64,000 nucleotides of DNA, taken from NCBI GenBank assembly GCA_043228905.1, contig JBHGNT010000006.1, positions 9,982,001-10,046,000 on the forward strand, written 5' to 3'. A program made the position numbers and the translations under genes. Source of the DNA: Azolla caroliniana (lineage: Eukaryota > Plantae > Polypodiophyta). The notes beneath the pieces are model-generated. The model was not told the DNA's origin and did not search any database. It was given only the letters and a program-made list of their open reading frames with translations. Each line of letters starts with the position of its first letter. Position 1 is the stretch's first letter. Shown here piece after piece: positions 36,230-49,000 of the stretch.

Positions 36230-37240
36230 TTCGGCTATACACATACATGTGTGTGTATATATATATACATATACACATACAAATATACATGCATTACATA
36301 TTACATATATACACATATGTACATTCATATATTCATTAATTCATGTTTATTCATGCAAGCATACATATTTTATGCATACATTACATACATATATTTATTC
36401 ATTCAAACATGCATACATTACATACATATATTTATTCATTCAAACATGCATACATTACATATGTACATTACGTGCAAATACATACATACATACATACATA
36501 CATACATACATACATACATACATACATACATACATACATACATTCATTCATTCATTCATACTAAACATAACATTCAAACATTCATGGTTTTTTCTTTTAG
36601 ACTTTTGCCACCTCCTCCTCCCCTGCTTTCCTCATTGCTGTTGTTGCCTCTTCTCATCTTGTTGCTTCTGTTCTTGTATTGCAGCCTTTGGCCTTTTTTT
36701 GCCGCCTTTGTTCTCATATTGCTGCCTTTGGTCTTGTTTTGTTGCCGTTGCCGCCTCTCGCCTTGTTGTGCTACCTTTGCTCACCTCTATCCTCTATCGG
36801 GGTTGCCACACCTACTCTACAAAAAATTTATGGGTACAAACAAGAAGTAACACACCTACAAACATCATACATTCATAATGCACACATACTTAACCAACAC
36901 CCATAAATTCCTAGACATACACACATAAACACACACACAACATATACAATAATACACACATGCCATACATACAATATATGCAATAAATGAAATTAATACA
37001 ATACAATATGTACATACATACACACATACCTATATACAAACATCATACATACATAATGCACATATACTTAACCAACACCCATAAATTCCTACACACACAC
37101 AAACACACAACTCATACAATAATACATACATGCCATGTGTACAATATATGCAATAAATGAAATTAATCCAGTACAATATGTTCATACATACACACATACC
37201 TATATACACTTACATACATACACATATAACACATACATAC
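36230..37240. repeat. (TACA)-rich low-complexity region including a ~180-bp tandem duplication (~36860-37210)
   Basis: CATACTTAACCAACACCCATAAATTCCTA-like and ATATATGCAATAAATGAAATTAAT blocks each occur twice. Confidence 0.85.
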
Positions 37241-37679
37241 TGACGTGTCTAACTACACCCAAAAATTTAAGAGGGCAAGTGAGGGAATCACGGGTGCGGA
37301 CGGTGGAGGTTGCACTGTTGATGGTGCATGCAATCTCCACCGTCTGTTTAGGATTAAAAAAAAGGCGCGCATCTGCTTTCACTTTTTGGGGAGCCTGAGG
37401 AGCCCTGCTCAACCTTTAGGGAGCCCAACTCACTAGTTTATGGAGCCTTGCTCATTGGTTAAGAAGCCAGTTCTTCTTATGTAGGAGCCCTGCTCATTAT
37501 TTTATGTAGACTATAAAATCCCTGGAGTTTTTTATGCCTATCATTTTCAACAGATTTTTCAAAACAAAGCGTCTTGGTTTGAGGGAAATTGATTCGCTGA
37601 TAAACACATGTTGTCGATCACCACCTGCACCCACATCCGAGGAGCAAAATCTATCACTAGAGGTATACATTGTCATGGT

Positions 37680-38320
37680 TTTTACTTGTTTTTGGGGTTA
37701 GGGTGTAGGAATTACTTGTTTTTGGGGTTAGGGTGTAGGAATTACTTGTTTTTGGGTTTAACGTTTTTACTTGTTTTTGGGTTCATGGTTTTTACTTGTT
37801 TTTACATCTTGGTATGCTTGGTTTGTGCTTTCAAAGACTCTTGCATGCATTGCATGATGGTTGCATGTAGGTTTAGATTAGGGTTTAGATCCCAAATGCA
37901 TGTTTTGGGTTTAGGGTTTATGTTGCATGCATTTGAAACTATCTGAATATACTTGGTTTAGGATTTAGGAACTCTTGGATGCATTGCATGATGGTTGCAT
38001 AGGTTTAGGTTAGGGTTTAGATCCCAAATGCATGTTTGGGTTTAGGGGTTATGTTGCATGCATTTGAAACTATCTAAATATACTTGGTTTAGGGTTTAGG
38101 AACTCTTGCATGGATTGCATGATGGTTGCATGTAGGTTTAGATTAGGGTTTAGATCCCAAATGCATGTATTGGGTTTAGGTTGTAGGTTGCATGCATTTG
38201 AAACCATATGAATATGCTTGGTTTAGGGTTTAGGAACTCTTGCATACATTGCATGTAGGTTTAAATTAGGGTTTAGATCCCAAATGCATGTTTTGGGTTT
38301 AGGGTTTATGTTGCATGCCA
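37680..38320 (+). repeat. ~132-bp satellite (4 copies) rich in telomere-like TTTAGGG motifs, preceded by a 30-bp repeat
   Basis: GATCCCAAATGCATG at 37888, 38020, 38153 and 38276; many TTAGGGTTTAG. Confidence 0.9.
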
Positions 38321-40914
38321 TATTAATAAACATAGGGATTAAGAAAGTTGTACTTGGGCTACAATTTCCAGAGTTTTTATTTATTTGAGTACTCCTTTAT
38401 CTGCATACTGTTTATTTATTATATAGGCCATGACATACAAAATGATGCAAAGAGAAAACTAGAATTCAATCCACCTCATTTCCATCAAAATTTGTTTGTT
38501 GCTAGGGCTTTCAACATTTTATTTGGATTCCACAAAAATATGGTGCAAAGTTTGATGATTTCAGCACCTCCATCTCGTCATTATCCCTTGGATTTTTGTT
38601 TCTAGAGCCACAACCATGGCTTGAGATATTCTATATATTGGTGATTGTGTTATATAATATGATTTTGTAGAGTTCATGGTGCACTTATTTTTGTGCTAAA
38701 AGTGAGTAAAGAATAGTAGTTATTGTTTGCTTTTTCTAGGCATTGTCTTTGTATCATGAGTTCCAGAAACAACAAAGACAAGCAACTTCTCAAAATGGTG
38801 TGAATGTTGGAGCTAAACCTTTAAATGAGGGATCACCAAAGACGCTGACATTTGGTTTATTTGTTTGTCTCATGAGTTCTCCAACAATTTTGGTTCCACT
38901 CTCAAGCATCTTTATTTGTTGAGTTGTGACTAACATTTATCAGTTTTGCCCAAAGTTTTAATTTAGGAAGCTAGATTACTGCATCATTTTTCCATCTATT
39001 GTGTTACTTGCTTTGACAAGAAGGCAACAACAATTGTAATATTTGATTAGGTGATCCCACATGCCACTAAGGCCTTCCAAAGATGTCTCCCTCTAGGATT
39101 TTTTCTATTGTCTAGAAGCTATATATGTGTGTCCAAATTGCTCACTTCTTTTGTTCAACTTCTTTTGTCTTGGGTTAAGAGAAAGATGATTCCAAGCAGT
39201 TTCAAGTATGACCTCTTCGGATGGGTGGCGTTGGCCTTTGGGATCACACTATGTGGTTCGAATGTTTAGGAATGGTTTCCCTACACCTGCTCGATAGATG
39301 CACAAGGAATCCAATCCAAGCAAAGCTTATGAATGAAATGAAATTCAATTGATGTAAGTGAGGGATAGGACATATACTCATGGGAGGATGTATTGTATGA
39401 CGGCATTTTGAGGTAGTATATATGGTTACCTTATTCTTTCAATCCTGAATTCTGAAATTTTTACTGATAGAGAAGACATTACAAGGGTGGTCTTACTCCC
39501 AGTCTACATATTGAAATATATCCATATAGATATCACATAATCCATCTAACTCCTAGAATCTATTGATCATTGGATGTGATGTGCTCCAAATGTTCTGTGT
39601 ATATTTTTCTTACACAAGTTTGTATCTATGAACTAAAACTACATCTTGGGGCATCTTTATATGACAACTTCTTTTTGCTCATTGTTGCTCACATTGTTAT
39701 ATTTCTTTGTGAAGCGAACATGAACCACAACTTTGTTAATTTATATATGTAGCTCCATTGAAAATGCCATCATGGTAATATCTCAATGTTCTTATATGAA
39801 TATCCATTGAGTACTGTATGGATTTTGGGTGTGTTAAAACCACAGATTTTCTGTTCAATGCTCAAAAAGGGTCAGAATTCAATCTTATAGAGAATCCTAC
39901 AAGAATACTAATATATGAGTTCAATACATTCTAAACTTGTCCTATTATTATGAGATATTGTAGTTGAGTAATGGTACAAAAGAATGAAACACTTCTATTG
40001 AATTCAGGAGAATGGGGTAGAATAGAACGATTCTTATTTTCCATAACAAAAAATTTCGACCTATGGGGGCAATTAAAATGTCATCATATATGTGATCCCT
40101 TGTGAAGGGGGTTTGCTATTTTGTAGTTAAAAACTGTGTGAAGGTAATTAATGTGCTTATATGCTCATCCTTCTTGGTGGGATCTTGGTGGTGAGTAGCA
40201 TGCTTCTCTAGTACGACATCATGCTTACTCCATTCGATGAGCATGTGATAATGATATTCATCATCAACGAGGTTTTCGATGCATACCTTGTATATATTGA
40301 GACTAGGTAATATATTGATATTGGTACTCCAGAGAGATGTATGTATGGAAATTTATTTTTACACGCTAATATGGAATCTTTCATGTGGAATTGAAATGTT
40401 ATAGGTGCCATTGTTTCTAGTATTCTTTAGTAGTTGTTTGCTATGTCTATTTAACCTTGGAAATTCCAAGTGGTGTCCAATGCTTCCTACAAGTTTGAAA
40501 ATGTGAATGTGTTGGTTGATGATCCATAGGTAGTAGTATTCCATGGTAGAAAGTCAAAGAACTAAGAAAATGGCCAAATTATGAAAACAACTTTACATGG
40601 AACATGAGTGAGTTGCATACTATTGTGAATACAGTGAATGAGTGAGTTTGAAAATGTGAATGTGTCAGTGTGTCATTTCTTCTTGTGTTGGCTCATGATC
40701 CATAGGTAGAGTATCTCATGGTATAAAGCATAGTTCGTAATATTCGCATACGCATAGTTTAGTAGACATATGCGAACATTTGCATATGTTCACGTATGAT
40801 ATGTGATATTCGTTTCCCTTCCCCCCCCCCCCCCCCCCTTTTTTGCAGTACATACTTCCCCTCATTATTTTCCATTTTCTCTGTCAAAACTATATTGTTC
40901 CTTTGAATGCTTTC

Positions 40915-40917
<3 letters not shown>

Positions 40918-40978
<61 letters not shown>
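40918..40978 (+). repeat. (TC)n microsatellite (another at ~41247-41300)
   Basis: Seen directly. Confidence 0.95.
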
Positions 40979-40981
<3 letters not shown>

Positions 40982-41242
40982 CTAAACAAGTTCGCGAGTT
41001 TGAGTATCACACTTTGATACAATGCTTTGCTTTTTATCATATTCGACCATGCTTTCTACATCTCTTCAACCGAGCCCAATCCTTGCATGAATTCCTCTCA
41101 CAACCACAATGTGCACTCTCGATTGCAACATTCATTGGTAAAGTTCTTGAACATCGAGAGTCACTACTCACTTTCACACGTATCACGTGAAATGTAATAT
41201 TTTTGGTCTCATAGGTCATATTTGACCTGCGAAGATGATAAT

Positions 41243-41302
<60 letters not shown>

Positions 41303-41802
41303 ACGCCTGCTGCTAACGGCTCTTTCGGTTGTCTATCGTCGTCGCCATTTGACGTTGTCGTCGTCGTCATTTGTTGTCACTGTTGTTGCCACCGCCACAT
41401 GGTTGCTGCTAACGGTGTTGCTGCCACCACCGCCACCGCCGCTGCCATCTACTGCCTGTTGTCGTTGTTGTCACCGTCGTTTGTCGTCGTTGTTGTTGTC
41501 GTCGTCTACCACCGCCGTCGTTTGTCGCCGTTGTCGTTGTCACCTAGCTTCTTATGTCATTGGTTCAGTAAGCAAGAGGGCATAAATGTGCTTGTGCACT
41601 TGTACCTATCGTGCAAGGCACTGATGCTCGAATAAGTTTTCTGTCCTTCTCGCCTTTTTCTTTAGATTTTATGACTTCTAAACGAAACCATAAGGAAACA
41701 CATGAAGAAACTATAAGTAAGGAAGAATTTTTAGATGTCCTTAACGGTTTAGTTAAAATAAAAAAATGGGCAAAAGAGATTGAATCTAGAAAACAAAAAG
41801 TT

Positions 41803-43010
41803 TGTCACAGACACACCAAGCCCGATTGGAACGGAGCACGGACGATGGGGCTACAAGAGTGGAACTTAAGAAGCTAGGAATGACACAAGAGCATGAAGAC
41901 AAAGATGACGAAGGAGACAAGATGGAACGAAACGAGAATACTAGATTGATTTGTCAATGATTGGCGTTGAATCCCTTGGAAATGACTAAGGAGGTTACAA
42001 GTATTTATACTGTGAGTCAAACTACATGCATTAGAATATTTTGGAGAATATTCTAGAGCCGTCTAGAACCTTCTAGTTCTAAAACTTTCTAAAAACTCCT
42101 AGAAGTTGAAATAGATAATCTACTAGTAATCTACTAAGCTATATATAACATGATCATATATTTGGATGTGTTGGTTAGAACACAACACTTGATTATATAT
42201 CTCAAGAGGTCAAGAGTTCAAATATTGACATGACATGACTGTTGTCATGTCTGTGACATTATCCTCCTCTTTACGGCCGCCTTTTTGAAAGCGTGGTGTA
42301 GGGGTGAGCTAAAAGAGAAAACCAAAGTACGTGGAGGAGTGAGTGACCATGAGTAGTCGTCACCAGAAATAGGAGCACAAGTGAATGCGAGCAACCATGT
42401 GTGGTCCTCACCGGAGACTAGAACACCAACGGGCATGAGCGACCATGTACAGTCCTCACCGGAGACTGTAACACCAATGTGAGTGTGAGCAACCATGTTC
42501 GGTCCTCACCGGAGACTAGAACACCAACGTGAGTGTGAGCGACAATGTAAGGTCCAACGGGCATGAGAAACCATGTACAGTCCTCATCGGAGACTGGAAC
42601 ACCAACGTGAGTGACCCTGTGCAATCCTCACCGGAGACAGGAACACCAACGGATGTAAGCGACCATGTGCTGTCCTCACCAAGAATTGGAACACCAATGG
42701 ACGTGAGTGACCATGTGAGGTCCTCACCGGGAACTGGAACACCAACGGGTGTGAGCGACCATGTACGGTCCTCAACAGAGACACGAACACCAAGGGCATG
42801 AGAGACCATGTACGGTCTTTCACCAGAGACAGGAACATTAATGGAAATGCGCAACCATGTGCGGTTCTCACCAGGAACTGGAACACCAACGGGCGTGAGC
42901 AACCATGTGCGGTCCTCACCGGAGACACGAACACCAACGGATGTGAACGACCATGTGCGGTCCTCACCAGGAACTGGAACACCAACGAGCGTGAGAGTCC
43001 ATGTACGGTC
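41803..43010 (-). mobile_element. 3' end of an LTR retrotransposon: 3' LTR 41803-42258, PPT 42259-42270, tandem-repeat 3' region
   Basis: 10-bp inverted termini TGTCACAGAC...GTCTGTGACA. Minus-strand PPT AGAGGAGGATAA and minus-strand TATAAATA at ~42002-42009. Confidence 0.8.
42340..43010. repeat. 48-bp minisatellite, ~14 copies
   Basis: Unit ~GACCATGTGCGGTCCTCACCGGAGACAGGAACACCAACGGGCGTGAGC; ACCATG recurs at a 48-bp period over 42662-42950. Confidence 0.92.
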
Positions 43011-46000
43011 TGTTGAGAAACAAGCTTAACAAAGGTATGTGATGCATATTGGTAAGTGAGATCTTCTACAGTAGCTATTAGGAAATTAGCTACTAGTGGA
43101 CATAAAGGTGAAACAACTATCTACAGCTATTTAGCTATGCAAAACTATTTAGCTAGTCACAGCTAAATTAGATGCATATATACGTCACTTATAACTTAGG
43201 TAAAAAGTAAGAGAGAGTAGTAGTTGAAAGAGAATAGAAAATTGATGAGAGCGAGTTGAGCTCTGCGTGTAATGAAATAGAAGAAGCTTTTTGGGTTTGC
43301 TACACAAAGGTAAGTCTCCTTCCCCTTCCCTTTCTATCTTGAGCTCTAAACTCCATCACATCACGATCCGTTGTGCATAAAGAAGAGTCGTAGTGCCTTC
43401 GTAACATGGTATCAGAGCAGAGTTGCTCATAAAGAAGATTAGAGCAGTACAGATCTGAGAAGTTTGGTTCTGGTTGCTAATCTGAATCAGAGAGTTGCTT
43501 GTTGAAGTAATTGTAGCAAAAGCCCTAATTTGAAAGAGAAAATGGCTACAGAAAATGGAAGCCAAATAGTCACAGAAAAGCTGGATAAAAATAATTTCCC
43601 TATGTGGAAGGAAATTCAAAATGAGAAATTTCCTGATGGGAAAAGGATACTGGGATTATATTGAAGGAGACCTAGAAGAGGCTCTGGAGATCCCTGAAGA
43701 AAATGTAACTACTGCACATATTAAAGCATTTAAGGAATGGAACCAAGGGGCAAGGAAAGTATTGCATTGGCTCTCACTTAACATCTTGGATTCGATGCTT
43801 GGACATATACAGGATGTTATGCTTCCAAAAGAAACTTGGGACAGTTTGGTAAAATTGTTTGCAATGAACACAAATGCTAGAAAGCTTCAGTTGAAGACCA
43901 AGCTAAATACCTTGGAAAAAGGTAAGATGTCAGTGAATGAGTATGCTTTGAAAATAAAGAGCATATGTGAATCACTTGCTTCTATTAATGTGAAGGTAGA
44001 AGATGATGATAAGGTGGAAATATGCTTAAGAGGCTTAGGACCTCAATATAAAAGCTTCAAAACATCTATTCTCACAAGGGACAGCATCCCAAGTTTTCCA
44101 GATTTGGTTTCAATGCTTGTAGTGGAAGAAAGAAATCAGATGGATGATGTAAACAAAGGAAACTCTGAGACTGAGGGGCAAGCCCTCTACAATAGTGCTG
44201 GAAGAGGCCGAGGAAGAGGCCATGGAAGATTTGGTTCAGGTAGAACCAACAACAATTATCAAGGAAGAGGACAACATGCTTTAAGTGGAAGAAACAACAT
44301 CAGAGGCAGGGGGAGCAATCGAGGTAGAGGTAAGCAAACTTATTTGAATGATGATGGTTGTTGGTATTGTGGAAAACCAAGCCATACACAGGTTGAATGC
44401 TATAAAAAGCAAAATGATGAAAAAAGAGGGAAGAGACAACAAAATAATTATGCTTCAACTAGTGAAGACTGTGATAAGGATGGTGCATTTGTGATGCAAC
44501 ATGAAACAACAGCAATGGATGAATGTTCACAGAGATGTAATGAAGATTTTATGTGATGTGTAGATTCTGGCATCTAATCATATGATAGGACATGCAAATT
44601 GGTTTGAAAGTTTAAGAGAGCCAGAGATTCCTAGTTATGTACAAACAGGTGATAACACCACTCATACAATCGAGCATGTTGGGAATATCCTATTGTGGGA
44701 AGAAAAAGGAAAAACAAAGTATATGCTGAACGTGATGCATTTCCAAACCTTGCAAAAAATCTGATTTCTGTTGGACAGATAGTAGAGCAAGGAATGCAAG
44801 TTAAGTTTAAGCAAAGTGGATGCTTTATAGAGAAACAGGTAAAGCTTATTGCAAAAGGAAAACGACAAGGAAGAATGTTTGTGTTAGATGTGGATATGCC
44901 TAAAAAGATTACAGCCATGTTTGCAGAAGGAATGAGTGTAATCTCAGATGTGGAAATGTGGCATAAATGAATCAATCACATAAGTAAGCAAACCTTGAAA
45001 AATATGTTGAGGAAAAATGCAGTGGTGGGATTGCCTAAGTTGAAAGATTGTGAGATGAACAAAATATGTGAAGCATGTCAATATGGAAAGCAAAACAGGT
45101 TACCTTTCCCTCATGAAAGACATGTAAGCAAAAATTTGTTGGATTTGGTACATACAGATGTATGGGGACCAACAAAAAATGCATCAATTAGTGGATGTAA
45201 GTTTTATGTAACATTTATTGATGATTGCTCAAGGAAAACATAGGTTTACTTCATGAAAGACAAGTGAAGTATTGATTGCTTTCGTAAGTTCTTATGCATG
45301 GTAGAAACACAAGCTGGAACTAGAATTAAATGTTTAAGATCTGATGGAGGAGAATATTTTTCAAAGGAATTTTCTGATTTTTTATGTAATCAAGGAATAA
45401 GGACACAATTTACATGTAGATATACTCCACAGCAAAATGGAGTTGCTGAGAGGAAAAACAGAACTCTGGTGAACATAGTAAGAGCCATGATGACTGAAAA
45501 ACATATGCCATTGTATTATTGGGCAGAAGTTGTAAACACAACAAACTTTATTTTAAATAGATGTATAACATCTGGAGTACATGAAGTAACTCCTGAAGAA
45601 TGTTTCTATGGAAGGAAACCTAGTTTAGGACACTTAAAAGTGTTTGGATGCCTTGCCTATGTCCATGTACCTGTTGAAGTAAGAAGTAAGTTTGATCCAA
45701 AAGCTGAAAAATGTGTTCTTGTTGGATATTCAAAGGAGCAAAAAGGGTATAGATGCTATAACCCATTAACAATAATGATTGTGGTAAGGCGTGATGTAAT
45801 ATTTGATGAGTTGGGTAGCTGGTACAGCCCAAAAGGAAATGTAGAAACTGATGAAGACAGAGAAAAATCTAAAAATGGAAGAGATTGCCATGGAAATGGA
45901 AGCAATGTTGGACAACAAAGTTCAACATCGATAGCATGTACTGGATTATCTGGAAGCTCAGGTAGTAAATCTGAATCTAATGCTTGCAGTGGAAAAAATG

Positions 46001-46037
46001 CAAGACACAAAAAATATGATGATAGAAAGGGAAAACA

Positions 46038-49000
46038 TGTTGGGAGATAGGTCCAGTTCCCGTGTTGAGCATAAGGAACGACCAGTTCCCGTCAAGTGGT
46101 ATCAGATCGAAACGACACAGAAAATGGACGAATCGTTTGGCGGCATGTTCAAGCTCACCGGCTCCAACTATTCAGTGTGGAAATCGAAGATGAGGGACAT
46201 GCTCGTGGTTAAAGACCTCTGGCTGCCGGTTCAGTTCGGGGACAAGAGACCGGACAAAATCGACGCCGCGATATGGGAGGTGATGCACATGAAGACAACG
46301 GCGTACATACGGTGCTTCATCGACATGAGCCTGTACAACAATTTCAATGAAGAGAGCAAGGCTCATGAGCTCTGGGAGAAGATCGACATAATGTTTCAAA
46401 ACAAAAATGTTGTTAATCAGGTTTTGGTATTCCGGAAGCTAGTAAGACTCCGGTACCAAGATGGCTCCAGCATGGCGGAGCACATGAATGCCTTCCAAGG
46501 GCTGATCCACCAGGCAACTTCATTGGAAGTACCTCTCGCCGATGAGGTACTAGCGCTACTCCTGCTCGGTTCCCTCCCGGATAGCTGGGAGACGTTGGTT
46601 GTCACTTTGGGCAACGCCGGGCCGGAAGGAAAACGGTTATCCCTAGCAAGAGTAAAGTCGAGCTTGCAAGAAGAGGAGGCACATCGAAAAGATAAAGATA
46701 CGAGCTCCGACTCCAAAGCGCTCCTTACCGAATCGGAACGTGGAAGACATAGAAACCGTAGTCCCCAGAACCGGGAGAAGTCGGGGACACGGTCAAAGTC
46801 AAGGGGGAGGCCCACTTGCTTCTATTGTGGCAAGTCGGGACACTTCCAAAAGAAATGTCGGCATTTTCGAAAAGATAAGGAGACCGACGGTACCGATTCG
46901 AAGCGGACCCCGGACGGGAACGGTAAAGACCGGAGGGGGCCGGACCGGAAGGGAACGACGGCAATCGCGGCAAGTGAAGAAGAGTTGATGCTCATCACCG
47001 AGGAGAGTGAGATAAACCTTGCCGGCGACGAGATGACCTGGGTGGTAGACTCCGGAGCATCGTTCCACCTTACCCCGGACCGGAAATGCTTCTCATCCTA
47101 CTCAGCCGGTGATCACGGCTGTGTCCGGATGGGGAATGAAGGAACATACCGGATTGTCGGCATAGGAGACGTGTGGCTGTCAACACCAACCGGATGCAAG
47201 TTGCTGCTGAAGGATGTCCGACACGTTCCGGAGGTTCGTCTGAACCTGATATCAGCCGGTCGGCTAGATGATGAGGGCTACACCGGTAGCATCCGGAACG
47301 GTGTCATGAAGTTCAGCAAAGGGAGCTTGATTGTGGCTCAGGCCCGGAAGATAAACACACTGTACCTGATGAATGCCCGGTTATGCCCGGAAGAAGTGAA
47401 CGTGGCATCCGACACTGCCGGTGAGCTGTGGCACAAGAGGCTGTGTCATATGAGCGAGAAGGGGATGAAGAGGCTTGCAGACGACAACCTCATTCCAGTG
47501 AAGAACGTGCACTTAGAGAAGTGCACTGATTGTCTGGCCGGTAAGCAGAACCGGACCTCTTTCCGACCAAGGCCACCGATGAGACGTAATGCACCACTGG
47601 AGTTGGTGCATACGGATGTGTGTCAATTAGACACGAAGTCACATGCCGGAGCGCAGTACTTCGTGACGTTCATAGATGACCACAGCCAGAAGTTGTGGGC
47701 CACACCGCTGAAGACGAAGGATCAGGTGCTATCCGTCTTCAAGGAGCTCCACGCGAGAGTGGAAAGAGAAACCGGCCAGAAGCTGAAGGCGGTTCGAGCA
47801 GATAACGGAGGAGAATACCGAGGGCAGTTCGAGGAGCACTGCCGCTCGAAGGGAATCCGGCTCGAATTTACCGTGCCGATGACACCGGAACTAAACAGAC
47901 TGGCCGAGAGGATGAACCGGACCATAATGGAGAGGGTCCGGAGTATGCTAGCGCATGCAAAACTACCCAAGAAGTTTTGGGCTGAGGCACTGTCGACGGC
48001 GACATATGTGATAAACAGATCACCCTCAGTACCCTTGGACGGAGACACGCCACAAAGAGTATGGACCGGTAAGGAAGTGTCCTACCGGCATCTGAAGGTG
48101 TTCGGGTGTCTCGCGTACGTGCATGTAGCTAAGGACCGGAGAGGAAAGTTAGATCCAAAGACCCGGCCATGCATATTCCTCAGTTATGGTGACGATGAGT
48201 TTGGCTACCGAGTGTGGGACCTGGTCGACAAGAAGGTATTCCGGAGTCGAGATATTATCTTCATGGAGGACAAGACGCTCGCCGACTGGGAGTCGGAGAA
48301 GAAGACAATGAACTCCGAGTCGACTGGTAAGGATCGACTCTACGATGAGCAGACCCAACCGGCAAGAGACCGGTTAGCACTCGAGGGACCAGCCGGTTAC
48401 GGTGAGGATACCGAACAGGCTGAAGAAGAAGTAGTGGAAGCTGAAACGGGAACCGGCCAAGACCCCGAATCAGATTCGGATGAAGAGCAAATAGAGGAGT
48501 CGATTACCGAAGCCTAGAGACAGAGATATCCTCTCAGAGAGAGAAGGGGCCCCCGGAGATATCCAGATGCAGAGCAGGTTCTGCTGACCGATGAGGGGGA
48601 GCCGGAAAGCTTCGAAGAAGCGAAGGAAGACACCCACAGCCGAAAATGGTTAAGTGCCATGCAGGATGAGATGGATTCCCTGCATGAGAACCATACGTAC
48701 GAATTGGTGGAGTTGCCGAAAGGAAAGCGGGCACTCCGAAACAAGTGGGTGTACAAGTTGAAACCGGGAGATGCCGGCATCCCCCCGAGATACAAAGCCA
48801 GGATCGTGGTGAAGGGGTTCCACCAGAAGAAGGGCGTGGACTTCGACGAGATATTTGCCCCGGTAGTAAAGATGACCTCCATCCGGACGGTGCTGAGTAT
48901 AGCGGCAAGCATGGACCTCGAGGTAGAGCAGCTAGACGTGAAGATGGCATTCCTTCACGGCGACCTCGAAGAGGAGATCTATATGCAGCAACCGGAAGGA

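Noticed and set aside
37680-38320. True telomere or chromosome-fusion scar
   Set aside because: TTTAGGG motifs are dispersed within a 132-bp unit, not a contiguous or head-to-head array.
38420-40700. Multi-exon host gene
   Set aside because: Splice-like sites exist, but I could not assemble an open frame or recognise a domain.
41222-41635. 137-aa Val/Ala/Ser-rich ORF
   Set aside because: Made of (TC)n and GTC/GCC triplet low-complexity sequence; no coding evidence.
45980-46123. N-terminal extension of the 845-aa ORF suggesting a fusion protein
   Set aside because: Chance read-through from an off-frame ATG in the host Copia across the collapsed LTR; the true gag ATG is at 46124.
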